The notes under the pieces were generated by a model. The model made no database searches, was not told the DNA's origin, and worked only from the letters and a program-made list of their open reading frames with translations. 64,000 nt of DNA from an uncultured Bacteroidales bacterium (GTDB taxonomy: Bacteria > Bacteroidota > Bacteroidia > Bacteroidales > WCHB1-69): the NCBI GenBank assembly GCA_947167635.1, contig CAMVIT010000006.1, positions 4,172 to 68,171 of the forward strand, given 5' to 3'. How positions within the stretch are numbered: position 1 is the stretch's first letter; every line of letters starts with the position of its first letter. A program made the position numbers and the translations under genes. Shown piece after piece: positions 10,128-19,649 of this stretch.

Positions 10128-11573
10128 TTAGCGGATGATGTCATGGATGTCTTGGAGCAGCTTGCGGGCGATGTTGTCGGCAGTGGCTTCTGTCAGGGCT
10201 TCGGCATAGATGCGCAGGATGGGCTCTGTGTTGGAGCCGCGGACATGGACCCAGCTCTCCTCGAAGTCGATTCTGACGCCGTCGGTGCGGTCCACCTGGT
10301 GGCTGGCGTACTGCTCGGCGATGCGGTCGAGTATCTTGGCAGTGTCCATCTCGCCACGAAGCTCGATCTTGTTCTTGGAAATCTTGTAGTCCGGGTAAAG
10401 GGAGCGAAGTTGGCTGCATGATTTGCCGGAGGTGGCCATGTAGGAGAGCATGAGGGCTATGCCCACGAGGGCGTCGCGGCCGTAGTGCAGTTCGGGATAA
10501 ATGACTCCGCCGTTGCCCTCGCCGCCGATGACGGCGTGTGTGGCTTTCATCTTCTCCACTACGTTGACCTCTCCCACGGCGGAGGCGTTGTACTCGACAC
10601 CGTATTGACGGCTCAAGTCGCGCAGCGCGCGCGTGGAGGAGAGATTCGAGACCGTGTTGCCCGGCATGTGCTGCAGCACATAGTCGGCCACGGTGACCAG
10701 CGTGTATTCCTCGCCGAACATCTTGCCGTCAGGCTTGATGAAGGCCAGGCGGTCCACATCGGGATCCACCACGAAACCGATGTCGTAATTCTCCTTGCTC
10801 ATGGCTTCGGAGATGCCGTACAAGTTCTCGGGAATAGGCTCCGGATTGTGGGCGAACAGGCCGTTGGGCTCACCGTTGAGCAGCGTGACCCGCTTGACGC
10901 CGAGTTGCTTCAACAACGGCGGAAGGGCGAGTGCCCCCGTGGAGTTGATGGCGTCGATGATGACGGAGAAATCGGCTTTGGCAATGGCGTCGCGGTTCAC
11001 CAACGGCAACCGCAGGATGGCGTCGATATGGTCTTGGATGGAGTTGCCGTAGGGCGTGTAGGTGCCGAGACTGTTGGCAGTGGCGTATTGGAACTGTCTC
11101 TGGGCGGCAATCTCCTGCAACTCGCGGCCGTCCTCGCCCGACAGGAACTCGCCCTTGTTGTTGAGCAGCTTCAGGGCGTTCCATTGGCCTGGGTTGTGGG
11201 AGGCGGTGACGATGACGCCGCCGTCGGCGTGATGGTGCAGTACGGCCATCTCTGTGGTCGGCGTGGTCGAAAGCCCCGTGTCAATCACATCGGCTCCCAT
11301 GCCCTGCAGGGTTCCGCACACTAAGCGGCTGACCATCTCCCCGGAGACACGCGCGTCACGACCTACCACAATGGTGAGCTTCTTGCGGGCTTCCCCTTGG
11401 GGATGTGCCTCGCCACCGGCTTCTTCGGAGTTGGCTGATGCCTGCATGCGATTGCGTTGCAGAAACGACACAAAAGCTGAGGTGAGTTCGATAATGTCAA
11501 TAGGGGTGAGGTTCTCACCGGTGTTCCCGCCGATGGTGCCCCGGATTCCGGAAATGGACTTGATGAGTGTCAT
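10128..11573 (-). CDS. glmM: phosphoglucosamine mutase
   Basis: Starts MTLIKSISGIRG. Phosphoserine loop TASHNPGQWNALK. The start was moved to the internal ATG because the -7 box at 11608-11615 lies inside the longer ORF. Confidence 0.88.
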   Translation of the reverse strand: MTLIKSISGIRGTIGGNTGENLTPIDIIELTSAFVSFLQRNRMQASANSEEAGGEAHPQGEARKKLTIVVGRDARVSGEMVSRLVCGTLQGMGADVIDTGLSTTPTTEMAVLHHHADGGVIVTASHNPGQWNALKLLNNKGEFLSGEDGRELQEIAAQRQFQYATANSLGTYTPYGNSIQDHIDAILRLPLVNRDAIAKADFSVIIDAINSTGALALPPLLKQLGVKRVTLLNGEPNGLFAHNPEPIPENLYGISEAMSKENYDIGFVVDPDVDRLAFIKPDGKMFGEEYTLVTVADYVLQHMPGNTVSNLSSTRALRDLSRQYGVEYNASAVGEVNVVEKMKATHAVIGGEGNGGVIYPELHYGRDALVGIALMLSYMATSGKSCSQLRSLYPDYKISKNKIELRGEMDTAKILDRIAEQYASHQVDRTDGVRIDFEESWVHVRGSNTEPILRIYAEALTEATADNIARKLLQDIHDIIR

Positions 11574-11607
11574 ATAGTGTTGTTCTCCTTCTTTTTTTGA
11601 GCGGCTG

Positions 11608-11615
11608 CAAAAGTA
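11608..11615 (-). promoter_or_regulatory. Bacteroidota-type -7 box (TACTTTTG) for glmM
   Basis: Minus-strand TACTTTTGCAGCC lies 35 nt upstream of the ATG at 11573. Confidence 0.5.
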
Positions 11616-11616
11616 C

Positions 11617-11657
11617 AAAAAAAAGCGGGGAGATAACCTCGCCCCCGCTTTTTTTCC
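11617..11657 (-). terminator. rho-independent terminator after the lipoprotein gene 11674-12576
   Basis: GC stem gcgggg/ccccgc flanked by A8 and T7 runs. On the minus strand the hairpin is followed by T8. Confidence 0.6.
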
Positions 11658-11673
11658 TGATGCGCCAAAAGGA

Positions 11674-12576
11674 CTATTTCGGATCCACTGCCGTGTACTG
11701 TAACTTTTTGTAATTCCACCGGATGGTGTCGTTCACAGCGAAGCTTTGGATGATGGCGATGGGATAGTTCTCGTCATCGTACATGTAGGTGTTGTTATCG
11801 GTGTCGGTGTCCCCATCTGCATAGTAGATCGTGGTGAGCACGTTGTTTGTCGAAAGCTGGTCGGGATAGAGCACCAGCTCCTCATCCAGCATCCAAAGTC
11901 CCTGGAAGGGATTGACGGCATTGTCGTAGGTGTAATGGATAACTTGGCTTTCGCCTTCATAATTCCAAGACTCTGAGACGAGATTGCCACCTTCGTAAAC
12001 ATAATCCACAAGCACGCTGTAGGTCTCCTTGGCATCTTTCTTCATACTCTTCAGCCGTTTGACGATGGCTCTGTGGGCGGTTTGGTGCCAGGGGGCGACA
12101 TAGTGCTGGTGTTTGGCGAAGTCATCGTCGAACAGGTATTCCGCCCTCACAATCTGGTCGTGGTCATCGTAGGTGAACGTGGCTTTGCCGAGAACCCCGT
12201 CGTTGTCGTTGAGGGTTTGGGTGACCACCCGCCCGCTGTTGTCATATCCGAAAACCACCTCGATGGGAGACGAGTAGGTGAGGTCCCTGTGGATGCGGAC
12301 AAGTTGCTGGTTATTGTATTCGTACAGGTCTTTGTTGTAAACAGTTCCGTTCTGCGATTGGGTGACACTGCGCAAAAGAGGCGGCAGACTTTCCTGCTCG
12401 AGCCAGTCCCAGGAAGACCTGGAGTTGTTGTTGTCGTAACACTCGGAAATGACCTTGACAGTGCGGATGATGGGCTTCTTGTGGCATGATGCTGCGCTGA
12501 GCAGCAGGAAACAGAGCACTATGCTCATTGCGACGGAACAATGGAGTGAAGAGGGGGATTGTTTTTTGTTTTTCAT
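11674..12576 (-). CDS. hypothetical lipoprotein
   Basis: 300-aa ORF. Signal peptide with lipobox LSAASC. Its own terminator lies downstream. Confidence 0.7.
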   Translation of the reverse strand: MKNKKQSPSSLHCSVAMSIVLCFLLLSAASCHKKPIIRTVKVISECYDNNNSRSSWDWLEQESLPPLLRSVTQSQNGTVYNKDLYEYNNQQLVRIHRDLTYSSPIEVVFGYDNSGRVVTQTLNDNDGVLGKATFTYDDHDQIVRAEYLFDDDFAKHQHYVAPWHQTAHRAIVKRLKSMKKDAKETYSVLVDYVYEGGNLVSESWNYEGESQVIHYTYDNAVNPFQGLWMLDEELVLYPDQLSTNNVLTTIYYADGDTDTDNNTYMYDDENYPIAIIQSFAVNDTIRWNYKKLQYTAVDPK

Positions 12577-12699
12577 AAAAATTGATATTTAGTTTTTTTG
12601 ATGATTCAGTTTTCATAACGCAAGAAAAAAAAGAATATTGTATTATTATTTTTATTATTTTTGCACTGACCATTTATTAACAACTAAATTCGATTAACT

Positions 12700-13593
12700 A
12701 TGAAAAAGTTTATCTCTTTGTTTTTATGTGTTATCTTGTTGGTCTCCTGCTAAAAGGAAGTTTCTTTTAGGGTGCCAAAGACTGCATTCAGTTCCAATTC
12801 AGTTTTTACCGATATGATTGACCTGTTGATTGAGAATGGGACCTATAAAGGGGATTTCGATATATTGGTCTTTAATGATACGGTCGCTTTTACGAATATG
12901 ACTGCTAGTGAAAATTGTAGCAATATAAGTTTTTTGTGGGACTTTGGAGACGGAACAACATCTATTCTTCCTAACCCGAGCCATAATTATGCGTCAGGTG
13001 GTTCTAAGACGGTGACACTGACTGCGACATCCAATGGCGTTTCAAAAAGTGTTCAAAGGTCGGTTCCTGTGCAAAAAGGGGGCGCTTATGTTGATTTTAC
13101 TTACACACATAATCCTTCAGGTAAGTATTTTTTTACCATTGAAGGGTCGGTGTACCCTGGTGATTATCCATCCTATTATGTAAAAAAAAATTGTTCCGCT
13201 CATACAGGGGGCAACTCAGTGTTTCCACATTATCACTTGTACGGCAACTATTATGTAAAGTCTGCCATTCAGATTATTAACTTTGGAGTTTCTCATTCTG
13301 TCCACTCGAAAACCATCTTTTTGAGAAAAAACAGTAACAAATCTTACACACAAATTAAAGCTGAAAGTCTGACTGCTGGTGCTGGAGGAACAATATATTT
13401 TAATTCTGAAGAAACATCTGACAATTCTTGCGGGGATGAAGCTACGTATAATCTCTGTAATACAAAAATTAATTGCAAAAAAGTGAATTTCCGCGATCCT
13501 CGTTCCACATCATTTAGTGTAGATCACTACTCGTTAAGTTCGTATCTCAAGGTGATATATGATGGATACAATGTTGGTCCGGCGTGCGGTTGA
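12700..13593 (+). pseudogene. PKD-domain lipoprotein gene interrupted by one in-frame TAA directly after the lipobox Cys
   Basis: ATG at 12700 encodes MKKFISLFLCVILLVSC, then TAA at 12751-12753. The same frame continues into the 273-aa ORF carrying a PKD signature (WDFGDGTT...NPSHNY...TVTLTAT). A TATTTTTG box sits upstream at about 12655. Confidence 0.55.
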
Positions 13594-13624
13594 GGTAGGG
13601 AACGGGAGAGATGTCAGTTTTTTT

Positions 13625-13632
13625 TATTTTTG
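13625..13632 (+). promoter_or_regulatory. -7 box (TATTTTTG) upstream of the Card1-like gene
   Basis: TATTTTTGCAGG lies 70 nt upstream of the ATG at 13703. Confidence 0.4.
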
Positions 13633-13702
13633 CAGGCGAAGAATGCACTCCTTCGAAGGGGTGCAAATCCGTTTGTTGTCAATGATATAAAGAAACTGAA
13701 AG

Positions 13703-14875
13703 ATGAATGAATCCCTGACTCCCAAGACAATCGTGAACATCCTTTCGTTGGAAAGCCCCCTGCCGGCGTATCTTTTCATCAAGGAGAAGTATGTGCGGGG
13801 CGACCGCCTCCTTTTCCTCGCGGCCCCGTCCGCCAAGGCCGACCTTGACTTCATGTCCCGCTTCATGGCACTGCCTGTCGAGGTGATGGAGAAGGTGGTG
13901 TTCACCAAGGAGGAGGAATTCTCCTACGAGCGCATCTGCCGCCGGTTGCGTGCGGAACTCAATCCCGAGGAGCACTATTGCGTCAACCTCGCGGGCGGAA
14001 CCCGCTACATGGCCCTCGCCGTGCAAGAGGCTTTCAAGCGCGTGCATGCCGATTTCTATTACGTCAACCTCCGCGACAACACCATTGTGAAAACCATTTA
14101 CGATGACAGCATCGATGATGACGATGATGTGGCTATTCCCATCTGCCACAGGATGCGGATAGGGGAGTACCTTTCGCTGCACCGGATGCAGAACGACGCG
14201 GATGTGCAGTCCGCATACAAGCCTGTGCGCAGCTCGGAGTATGCCCGCACGCTCTTCTCCTTTTTCGCTTCCGGACGCATGGACGGACGCGACTATGACG
14301 CTATGGAGACGCTTCGCCTCCACTATCGCAACCGGAAGTCCGACAGCGAAATGCGCATCACGGATATTGAAAATGGCCGGGTGGGCCGTGAACCCGCCGT
14401 GCCGGGATTGTCACGCCTTCTTCGTTTCATCCATTTTGTGCCCGAGGTGGATGAGCTCCTTTCCAAAGAGGAGATCGGCTACCTCACCGGCGGCTGGTTC
14501 GAGGAGTTCTGCTACTACAAGATCAAGGAACTGGTGCCCGTTGACGAGATTGCCGTGGGCGTGCATGTGACCCGCGGCGACACCACACACGACAACGAGC
14601 TTGACGTGGTCTTCATCCGCGATAACCAGCTGCGCGTCATCGAGTGCAAAAGCGGCATTTCCTCCCAGAAACTCTTCAACGAGATCGTCTATAAGGCCAC
14701 GGCCCTCAAGGATGCCCTGTTAGGCATGATGTGCTTCTCCTTTATTTTTACGCTGAAAAAAGACAACGAAACCGCCGATCTGCGCAAAATCGCTTCCTCC
14801 ATGGGGGTCACCTTCTGCGGCCACGACGTGCTGACCAACGACGAGAAAATACGTCAGAGGTTGGCGAGGAGGTAG
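13703..14875 (+). CDS. Card1/Can2-type CARF plus PD-(D/E)xK nuclease (DUF1887-like)
   Basis: N-terminus IVNILSLESPLPAYLFIKE and NLAGGTRYMALA look like a CARF Rossmann fold. C-terminus GGWFEEF...NELDVVF...VIECKSG gives the D-ExK nuclease triad. Confidence 0.75.
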   Translation: MNESLTPKTIVNILSLESPLPAYLFIKEKYVRGDRLLFLAAPSAKADLDFMSRFMALPVEVMEKVVFTKEEEFSYERICRRLRAELNPEEHYCVNLAGGTRYMALAVQEAFKRVHADFYYVNLRDNTIVKTIYDDSIDDDDDVAIPICHRMRIGEYLSLHRMQNDADVQSAYKPVRSSEYARTLFSFFASGRMDGRDYDAMETLRLHYRNRKSDSEMRITDIENGRVGREPAVPGLSRLLRFIHFVPEVDELLSKEEIGYLTGGWFEEFCYYKIKELVPVDEIAVGVHVTRGDTTHDNELDVVFIRDNQLRVIECKSGISSQKLFNEIVYKATALKDALLGMMCFSFIFTLKKDNETADLRKIASSMGVTFCGHDVLTNDEKIRQRLARR

Positions 14876-14901
14876 CCCGATAATTTTTGTTTTACAAATA
14901 T

Positions 14902-16536
14902 CTACAATTTGTCTATCACCTTGTCTTTCGGATATTTCACGCTGTAGGTGATGGTGAACGTCCGGGTCTCGCCCGCCTGCAACTCCATGTCCCAGGTGAC
15001 AACGCCTATGTCCGCTTTGTCGTAGGTGGCTTTGGGGGTGACGGAGATGTCCTTCACCTCGATGTCCTTATCGTTGGAGATGGGGTATTGGTCTTTCAGC
15101 GTCAGCTTGGCCGTGCGGTTGAGGTTGTTCTTGACGGTGATCTGGAACGACTGCGTGACGGTGGTGGTGTTGCCCACATGCTTGGTCTCGCAGTAGTCGC
15201 GGCGTTTCTCACGCTTCACGGCTATGCGGGGCTCTGTGGTGAGCGTCAGCGAGATGTGCTCGTCGGCCTCGTTGGGGCGGATGAAGCTCTTGCCCACGAA
15301 GGTGTTGTCGAAGGTGACGGTGGCCTCGCCCGGCAGCAGGTTGTATTTCTCGTAGTCGGAAAGGGTGGCGACAAGATAGGTCTCGTCCGACAACTTCGGG
15401 ATGCTGTAATACTTGAAGTCAGCCTTGATGTCGTAATTCTTCAGGTCTATGAGCTGGGGCTTGCCGTTGCCGGGGATGTCGTAGGGCACGGCGATGTTGT
15501 ACGACACTTGGATATCCTGCTCCTCGACCTCCACGAAGTTGTCCATGGAAATCGGGGCGGCATCCTCGACACGGACGCCATCGATGGTGGTCTTGTTGCT
15601 GCCTGCCGCTGATGTGCTGTATTCTATCCTGTTGCTTGTTGAAAAAGTGACTGCTTTCTCCTGTCTATGGTATCTTTGGAAACTAAGGAACCACGGGGTG
15701 AAGACGGGCGCTCGCGAGTAGCGGTTGGGGGTGGCGTTGGACAGGGTGAGCCGGACGTTGTCCCAGTCGAGGCCGGTGACTTGATGGACGCGGGCCTTGG
15801 CCTGCAACTTGATGGGCTTGTCCATGGCGGGGATGTTGAGGTCGTAGCAGGGCACCCATTGCGCCTGGTCCGTGAAATAGGTAATGGTGAACTTCGTGGT
15901 GATGTTTTCCGGCACGCTGATGGAGAGGCGCAGCACGCCCGTGCGCAACTTGTTGTCGGCATCGTCCTGGGCAATCTGTTGGGTCAGCCGGGTGACGCTC
16001 TCCTTCAGCTTGTTCGCCTTCTTGGTGTCCCTGTCGATGCTCTTCTGCAACTCGGCGGCCTTGGCCTGGTACAGCTCCATGTTGGCGTTGATGTCGGCAA
16101 CGGAGATTTGGTGCTCCTTGAGCTGCATGTTGTTATGGGTGCCGTCGGTCACCATCTTCAGCATTTGGGTGTGTATGGTCAGCTCGTTGTTGGCCTCCTG
16201 CAGTTTGTCTTTGTAGAGGTCAAGCGAGTCTTTGAGCTTCTTGATGCGGGCGCTCTCGTCGCGCGGCGTGATAAAGTCGTTGGAGAACTCGGAGGCGGAA
16301 ACGAGCACGCCGTTGGCCGAGACCTTGAGACTGTTGAGTACAATGTCAGGGCTGAGATTGTCGATGACGAGCTCCTGGCTGCCGCTCTTGAGGGTGGCGG
16401 TGGCCGTGTGGGTGAGGGCGGCGCCACGGAGATAAACGGTGGCCTGCTCCAGCTTGGCGGAGATCTGCTTCTGGGCGCGCAAGGGCATCAGGGCGGCGCA
16501 CAGCAATATCAACAGGAAAAGGTTTTTTGGGGACAT
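14902..16536 (-). CDS. DUF4139/MuiA-family secreted protein
   Basis: Signal peptide MSPKNLFLLILLCAALMPLRAQ from the internal ATG. Central coiled coil with DUF4140/4139-like flanks (family call from memory). The -7 box at 16636-16643 excludes the longer ORF start. Confidence 0.7.
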   Translation of the reverse strand: MSPKNLFLLILLCAALMPLRAQKQISAKLEQATVYLRGAALTHTATATLKSGSQELVIDNLSPDIVLNSLKVSANGVLVSASEFSNDFITPRDESARIKKLKDSLDLYKDKLQEANNELTIHTQMLKMVTDGTHNNMQLKEHQISVADINANMELYQAKAAELQKSIDRDTKKANKLKESVTRLTQQIAQDDADNKLRTGVLRLSISVPENITTKFTITYFTDQAQWVPCYDLNIPAMDKPIKLQAKARVHQVTGLDWDNVRLTLSNATPNRYSRAPVFTPWFLSFQRYHRQEKAVTFSTSNRIEYSTSAAGSNKTTIDGVRVEDAAPISMDNFVEVEEQDIQVSYNIAVPYDIPGNGKPQLIDLKNYDIKADFKYYSIPKLSDETYLVATLSDYEKYNLLPGEATVTFDNTFVGKSFIRPNEADEHISLTLTTEPRIAVKREKRRDYCETKHVGNTTTVTQSFQITVKNNLNRTAKLTLKDQYPISNDKDIEVKDISVTPKATYDKADIGVVTWDMELQAGETRTFTITYSVKYPKDKVIDKL

Positions 16537-16635
16537 GGCGGAAAGTTTTAAGGGGACTTCTGTTTTTTTACTTTTCACGCCGCCTCCGTTCATGATGCGA
16601 AGTCCGTTAAACACCATGATAGGAAAACAACGCGG

Positions 16636-16643
16636 CAAAATTA
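16636..16643 (-). promoter_or_regulatory. -7 box (TAATTTTG) for the DUF4139 gene
   Basis: Minus-strand TAATTTTGCCGCG. It overlaps the ORF-track start at 16638, which argues for the 16536 start. Confidence 0.45.
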
Positions 16644-16694
16644 CAACTAATTTTTATATGCAAGATGCAAAACTCACAAAAGGTTGCAGTCTGT

Positions 16695-17110
16695 TGATGG
16701 TTTTTGGGAATTACATACTTGATGGTGCAAATCAAGGCTTTCGCTTCTTTTTTATTTGGGCGTGCCGGCGCGGCGGCGTGGAATCACGTTGCATTCGCAC
16801 ACGCCGTCAAATGCCGCCGCGCCGTCGGGCTTTCCACTGCAATAATTTTGGTTTAAAACCCACCACCATTCCGCGAGACGCGTAGAGTCAAGCGGAACCT
16901 CCGTCTCGCCAGGGAACGCATTCTCACCAAAATTATTTCCGTTGCAATCCCTCACGCATGCTCGTCGAACCATACACCCGTTTCGCGGCGAGCAACCCAC
17001 AACCTCGTCTCCACGTTTTCCCGCGCCGCGATCTTCCCGCGCACCGTCCTACCCAAGGATTACAGCGCCCGTTCCCTGGCTACCGAGCTTTTGTCCCTCC
17101 GGGACATCGT
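16695..17110. repeat. copy A of a GC-rich structured noncoding repeat (second copy at 29463-30258)
   Basis: Long near-identical blocks are shared with 29463-30005, for example gggcgtgccggcgcgg, ggaatcacgttgcattcgca, atgccgccgcgccgtcgggctttccactgcaat and ccgcgagacgcg...agcggaacctccgtctcgccagggaacgcatt. Confidence 0.85.
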
Positions 17111-17167
17111 TTTGTCACGCCCCCGCCAACCTCCAGCGACCAACTGATCACTAATCACTATTTTTCG

Positions 17168-17175
17168 TACTTTTG
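17168..17175 (+). promoter_or_regulatory. -7 box (TACTTTTG) for the aminopeptidase gene
   Basis: TACTTTTGCGGCC lies 23 nt upstream of the ATG at 17198. Confidence 0.5.
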
Positions 17176-17197
17176 CGGCCTGTAAAAATTATCGACT

Positions 17198-18484
17198 ATG
17201 CGTTATCAACCTCTGGATTCCCGTTTCTATACTCGCAACCGCAAGCGTGTGGTGGGCGAGATGGCCCCGAACTCGGTCGCCATATTGGTGTCTCACGACG
17301 AGTACCCCCGTTGCGGTGATACGACACACCCTTTCCGCCAAAACTCCGACCTGCTCTACCTGTGCGGCATCGACCAGGAGGAGACCTTCCTGACCTTGGC
17401 GCCGTGGCATCCCAACCCCGACTATCGGGAGATTCTCTTCATCAAGAACCCTTCGCCCGAGAAGATCGTCTGGTTCGGGCACCGGCTGAGCAAGGAGCAG
17501 GCGAGTGAGCTGTCGGGCGTGCACACGGTGATGTTCACCGACACCTTCGAGAGCGTGCTCAACGACCTGATGATGCATGCGGAGCATGTCTATCTCCACA
17601 TCCCGGAGGACCCGCGCATCAAGCCGACGTTCCCCACCCACGAGGTGCGCTTCGCCACTCAGTTGAAAAAGGACTACCCGTTGCACGACTACCGCCGTCT
17701 GGCCCCGATTCTCTATCCGTTGCGCTCCGTGAAGGCCCCTGAGGAGCTGGCCGTGCTCAAAAAGGCGTGCCAGATCACGCGCCAAGCCTTTGAGCGCGCC
17801 CTGACTGCCATCCGTCCGGGACGCTACGAGTACGAGATCGAGGCCGAGATGACCTACGAGATGATCCGCAATGGCGCCACCACCCACTCCTTCGCGCCCA
17901 TCGTGGCCTCGGGCCCTGATACCTGCATTCTCCATTATATCAAAAACGACAAGCAAATGCAGGACGGCGACCTGCTGCTGTTGGACTTCGGTGCCGAGTA
18001 CGCCAACTATGCCGGCGACTGTTCCCGCACGGTGCCCGTCAACGGCACCTTCACGCCGCGCCAGAGACAGGTCTATGAGGCGGTGCTCTCCATCTTCAAA
18101 GAGACCATTCCCCGCTTTCGTCCGGGCATGACCATCCATAAAATCAATGACTTCGTCTTCAAGCGGATGGATGAGGAACTCATCAAATTAGGCCTTTATA
18201 CACGCGAGGATGTCTTGAACCAGGACCCCGCCGCACCGCTCTTCAAGAAATACTATATGCACAACACCAGCCATTTCATCGGCCTCGATGTTCATGATGT
18301 GGGCCAGCGCGACTGGGTGTTCCAACCCGGCAACGTGCTTAGCTGCGAGCCGGGCATCTATATCGCGGAGGAGGGCATAGGCGTGCGCATTGAAACTGAT
18401 GTCGTCGTCGCGGACACGCCCATCGACCTGCTTGCCGGCACGCCCGTGGAGGTGGAGGAAATTGAATCATTGATGCGTCCGTAG
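17198..18484 (+). CDS. Xaa-Pro aminopeptidase (M24B family)
   Basis: 428-aa ORF. The pita-bread-fold metal ligand context is present (LLLDFGAEYANYAGDCSRT, HFIGLDVHD, EPGIY). Confidence 0.85.
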   Translation: MRYQPLDSRFYTRNRKRVVGEMAPNSVAILVSHDEYPRCGDTTHPFRQNSDLLYLCGIDQEETFLTLAPWHPNPDYREILFIKNPSPEKIVWFGHRLSKEQASELSGVHTVMFTDTFESVLNDLMMHAEHVYLHIPEDPRIKPTFPTHEVRFATQLKKDYPLHDYRRLAPILYPLRSVKAPEELAVLKKACQITRQAFERALTAIRPGRYEYEIEAEMTYEMIRNGATTHSFAPIVASGPDTCILHYIKNDKQMQDGDLLLLDFGAEYANYAGDCSRTVPVNGTFTPRQRQVYEAVLSIFKETIPRFRPGMTIHKINDFVFKRMDEELIKLGLYTREDVLNQDPAAPLFKKYYMHNTSHFIGLDVHDVGQRDWVFQPGNVLSCEPGIYIAEEGIGVRIETDVVVADTPIDLLAGTPVEVEEIESLMRP

Positions 18485-18525
18485 GTTCGGATGCGTGACC
18501 CTGCCACCAGCTATACTTTATTATT

Positions 18526-19545
18526 GTGAAAAACGAATTGATTTCTCGAATTGTGTCATTGCACAGCCTGTCGATTGTCGGTATGGCGAAAAATACCGGC
18601 AAAACGGTCTGTCTGAACTATGTGTTGGAACAACTGCAACATACCGGCAAGGTGGTGGCGGTAACCTCCATCGGTCTGGACGGGGAGAAGACCGACCAGG
18701 TGACGCAGACCGAGAAGCCGGAGATAGAGCTGACGGAGGGGATGTTTTTCGTGACATCGGAGTACCATTACCGTCAGCGGCAGCTCCTGTCGGAGATTTG
18801 CGACGTGTCGGGCGAGATGACCTCCTTGGGCCGTTTGGTCACGGCGCGCGTGCTGCAGCGCGGCAAGGTGATCCTGACAGGTCCGGCCTCCACCGCACGC
18901 GTGAGAGCCCTCATCGGGCAGTTGGCTGCCTTCGGGGTGGACCTGACCATCGTGGACGGCGCCCTCTCGCGTGTGAGTCCCGCCTCACCTGCTGTCACGG
19001 AGGGGCTGATCTTGAGTACGGGGGCCGCCATCGCCCCGGATTTGGCCTCCATCGTCAGCAAGACCAAGTTTGTCTATCAGCTGACACAACTTCCGGAATA
19101 TGCAACAGCTATATCGGAGGAGCTGATGCTTGCCGACCCGGGCATCTGCGCCATCGAGGATGATGTCCTGTTCAGGCTGCCGATTGAGTCGCCGTTGTTG
19201 TTCACGAAGTGCAAGGAGAAGCTCTTCAGCCACGGCACGATGCTCTTTGTCAGCGGCATCGTCACCGACAACATGTTGGAATATTTGCGAGTGCAGCCCA
19301 ATGTGAAGGAGATCTGCCTTGTGGTCAAGGATTTTACCAAGATTTTCGTCTCCCCGATTGTGTTGGGCGGCTTCCTGCGCAAGGGTGGTCGCCTTATGGT
19401 GGTGAAGCGTCCCAACCTGCTGGCCATCAGTATCAACCCAGTGTCGCCATCGGGTTTTGCGGTGGAGTCGGAGCGGCTGCGCGATGCCCTGCGGGAGGTG
19501 GTGGGGGTGCCGGTGTTCGATGTGCTTGCGGAAGTATCATTGTAG
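18526..19545 (+). CDS. hypothetical P-loop protein
   Basis: 339-aa ORF with an N-terminal Walker A-like motif (IVGMAKNTGKT). No further family recognised. Confidence 0.6.
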   Translation: MKNELISRIVSLHSLSIVGMAKNTGKTVCLNYVLEQLQHTGKVVAVTSIGLDGEKTDQVTQTEKPEIELTEGMFFVTSEYHYRQRQLLSEICDVSGEMTSLGRLVTARVLQRGKVILTGPASTARVRALIGQLAAFGVDLTIVDGALSRVSPASPAVTEGLILSTGAAIAPDLASIVSKTKFVYQLTQLPEYATAISEELMLADPGICAIEDDVLFRLPIESPLLFTKCKEKLFSHGTMLFVSGIVTDNMLEYLRVQPNVKEICLVVKDFTKIFVSPIVLGGFLRKGGRLMVVKRPNLLAISINPVSPSGFAVESERLRDALREVVGVPVFDVLAEVSL

Positions 19546-19617
19546 GGTCAGCTCAGGCACGTCGGCTTCGGTGTTGCGGAACAGGGTGTGCGGGATAGCG
19601 GAATGCCTAAAAAAATG

Positions 19618-19625
19618 TATCTTTG
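19618..19625 (+). promoter_or_regulatory. -7 box (TATCTTTG)
   Basis: TATCTTTGCAGG lies 25 nt upstream of the ATG at 19650. Confidence 0.45.
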
Positions 19626-19649
19626 CAGGTTGTTAAAACAAGACGTAAT

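Noticed and set aside
18495-19163. 222-aa ORF overlapping the start of the P-loop gene in another frame.
   Set aside because: The translation is Arg/Gly-rich and low-complexity. The overlapping 18526-19545 frame has a Walker A motif and normal composition.
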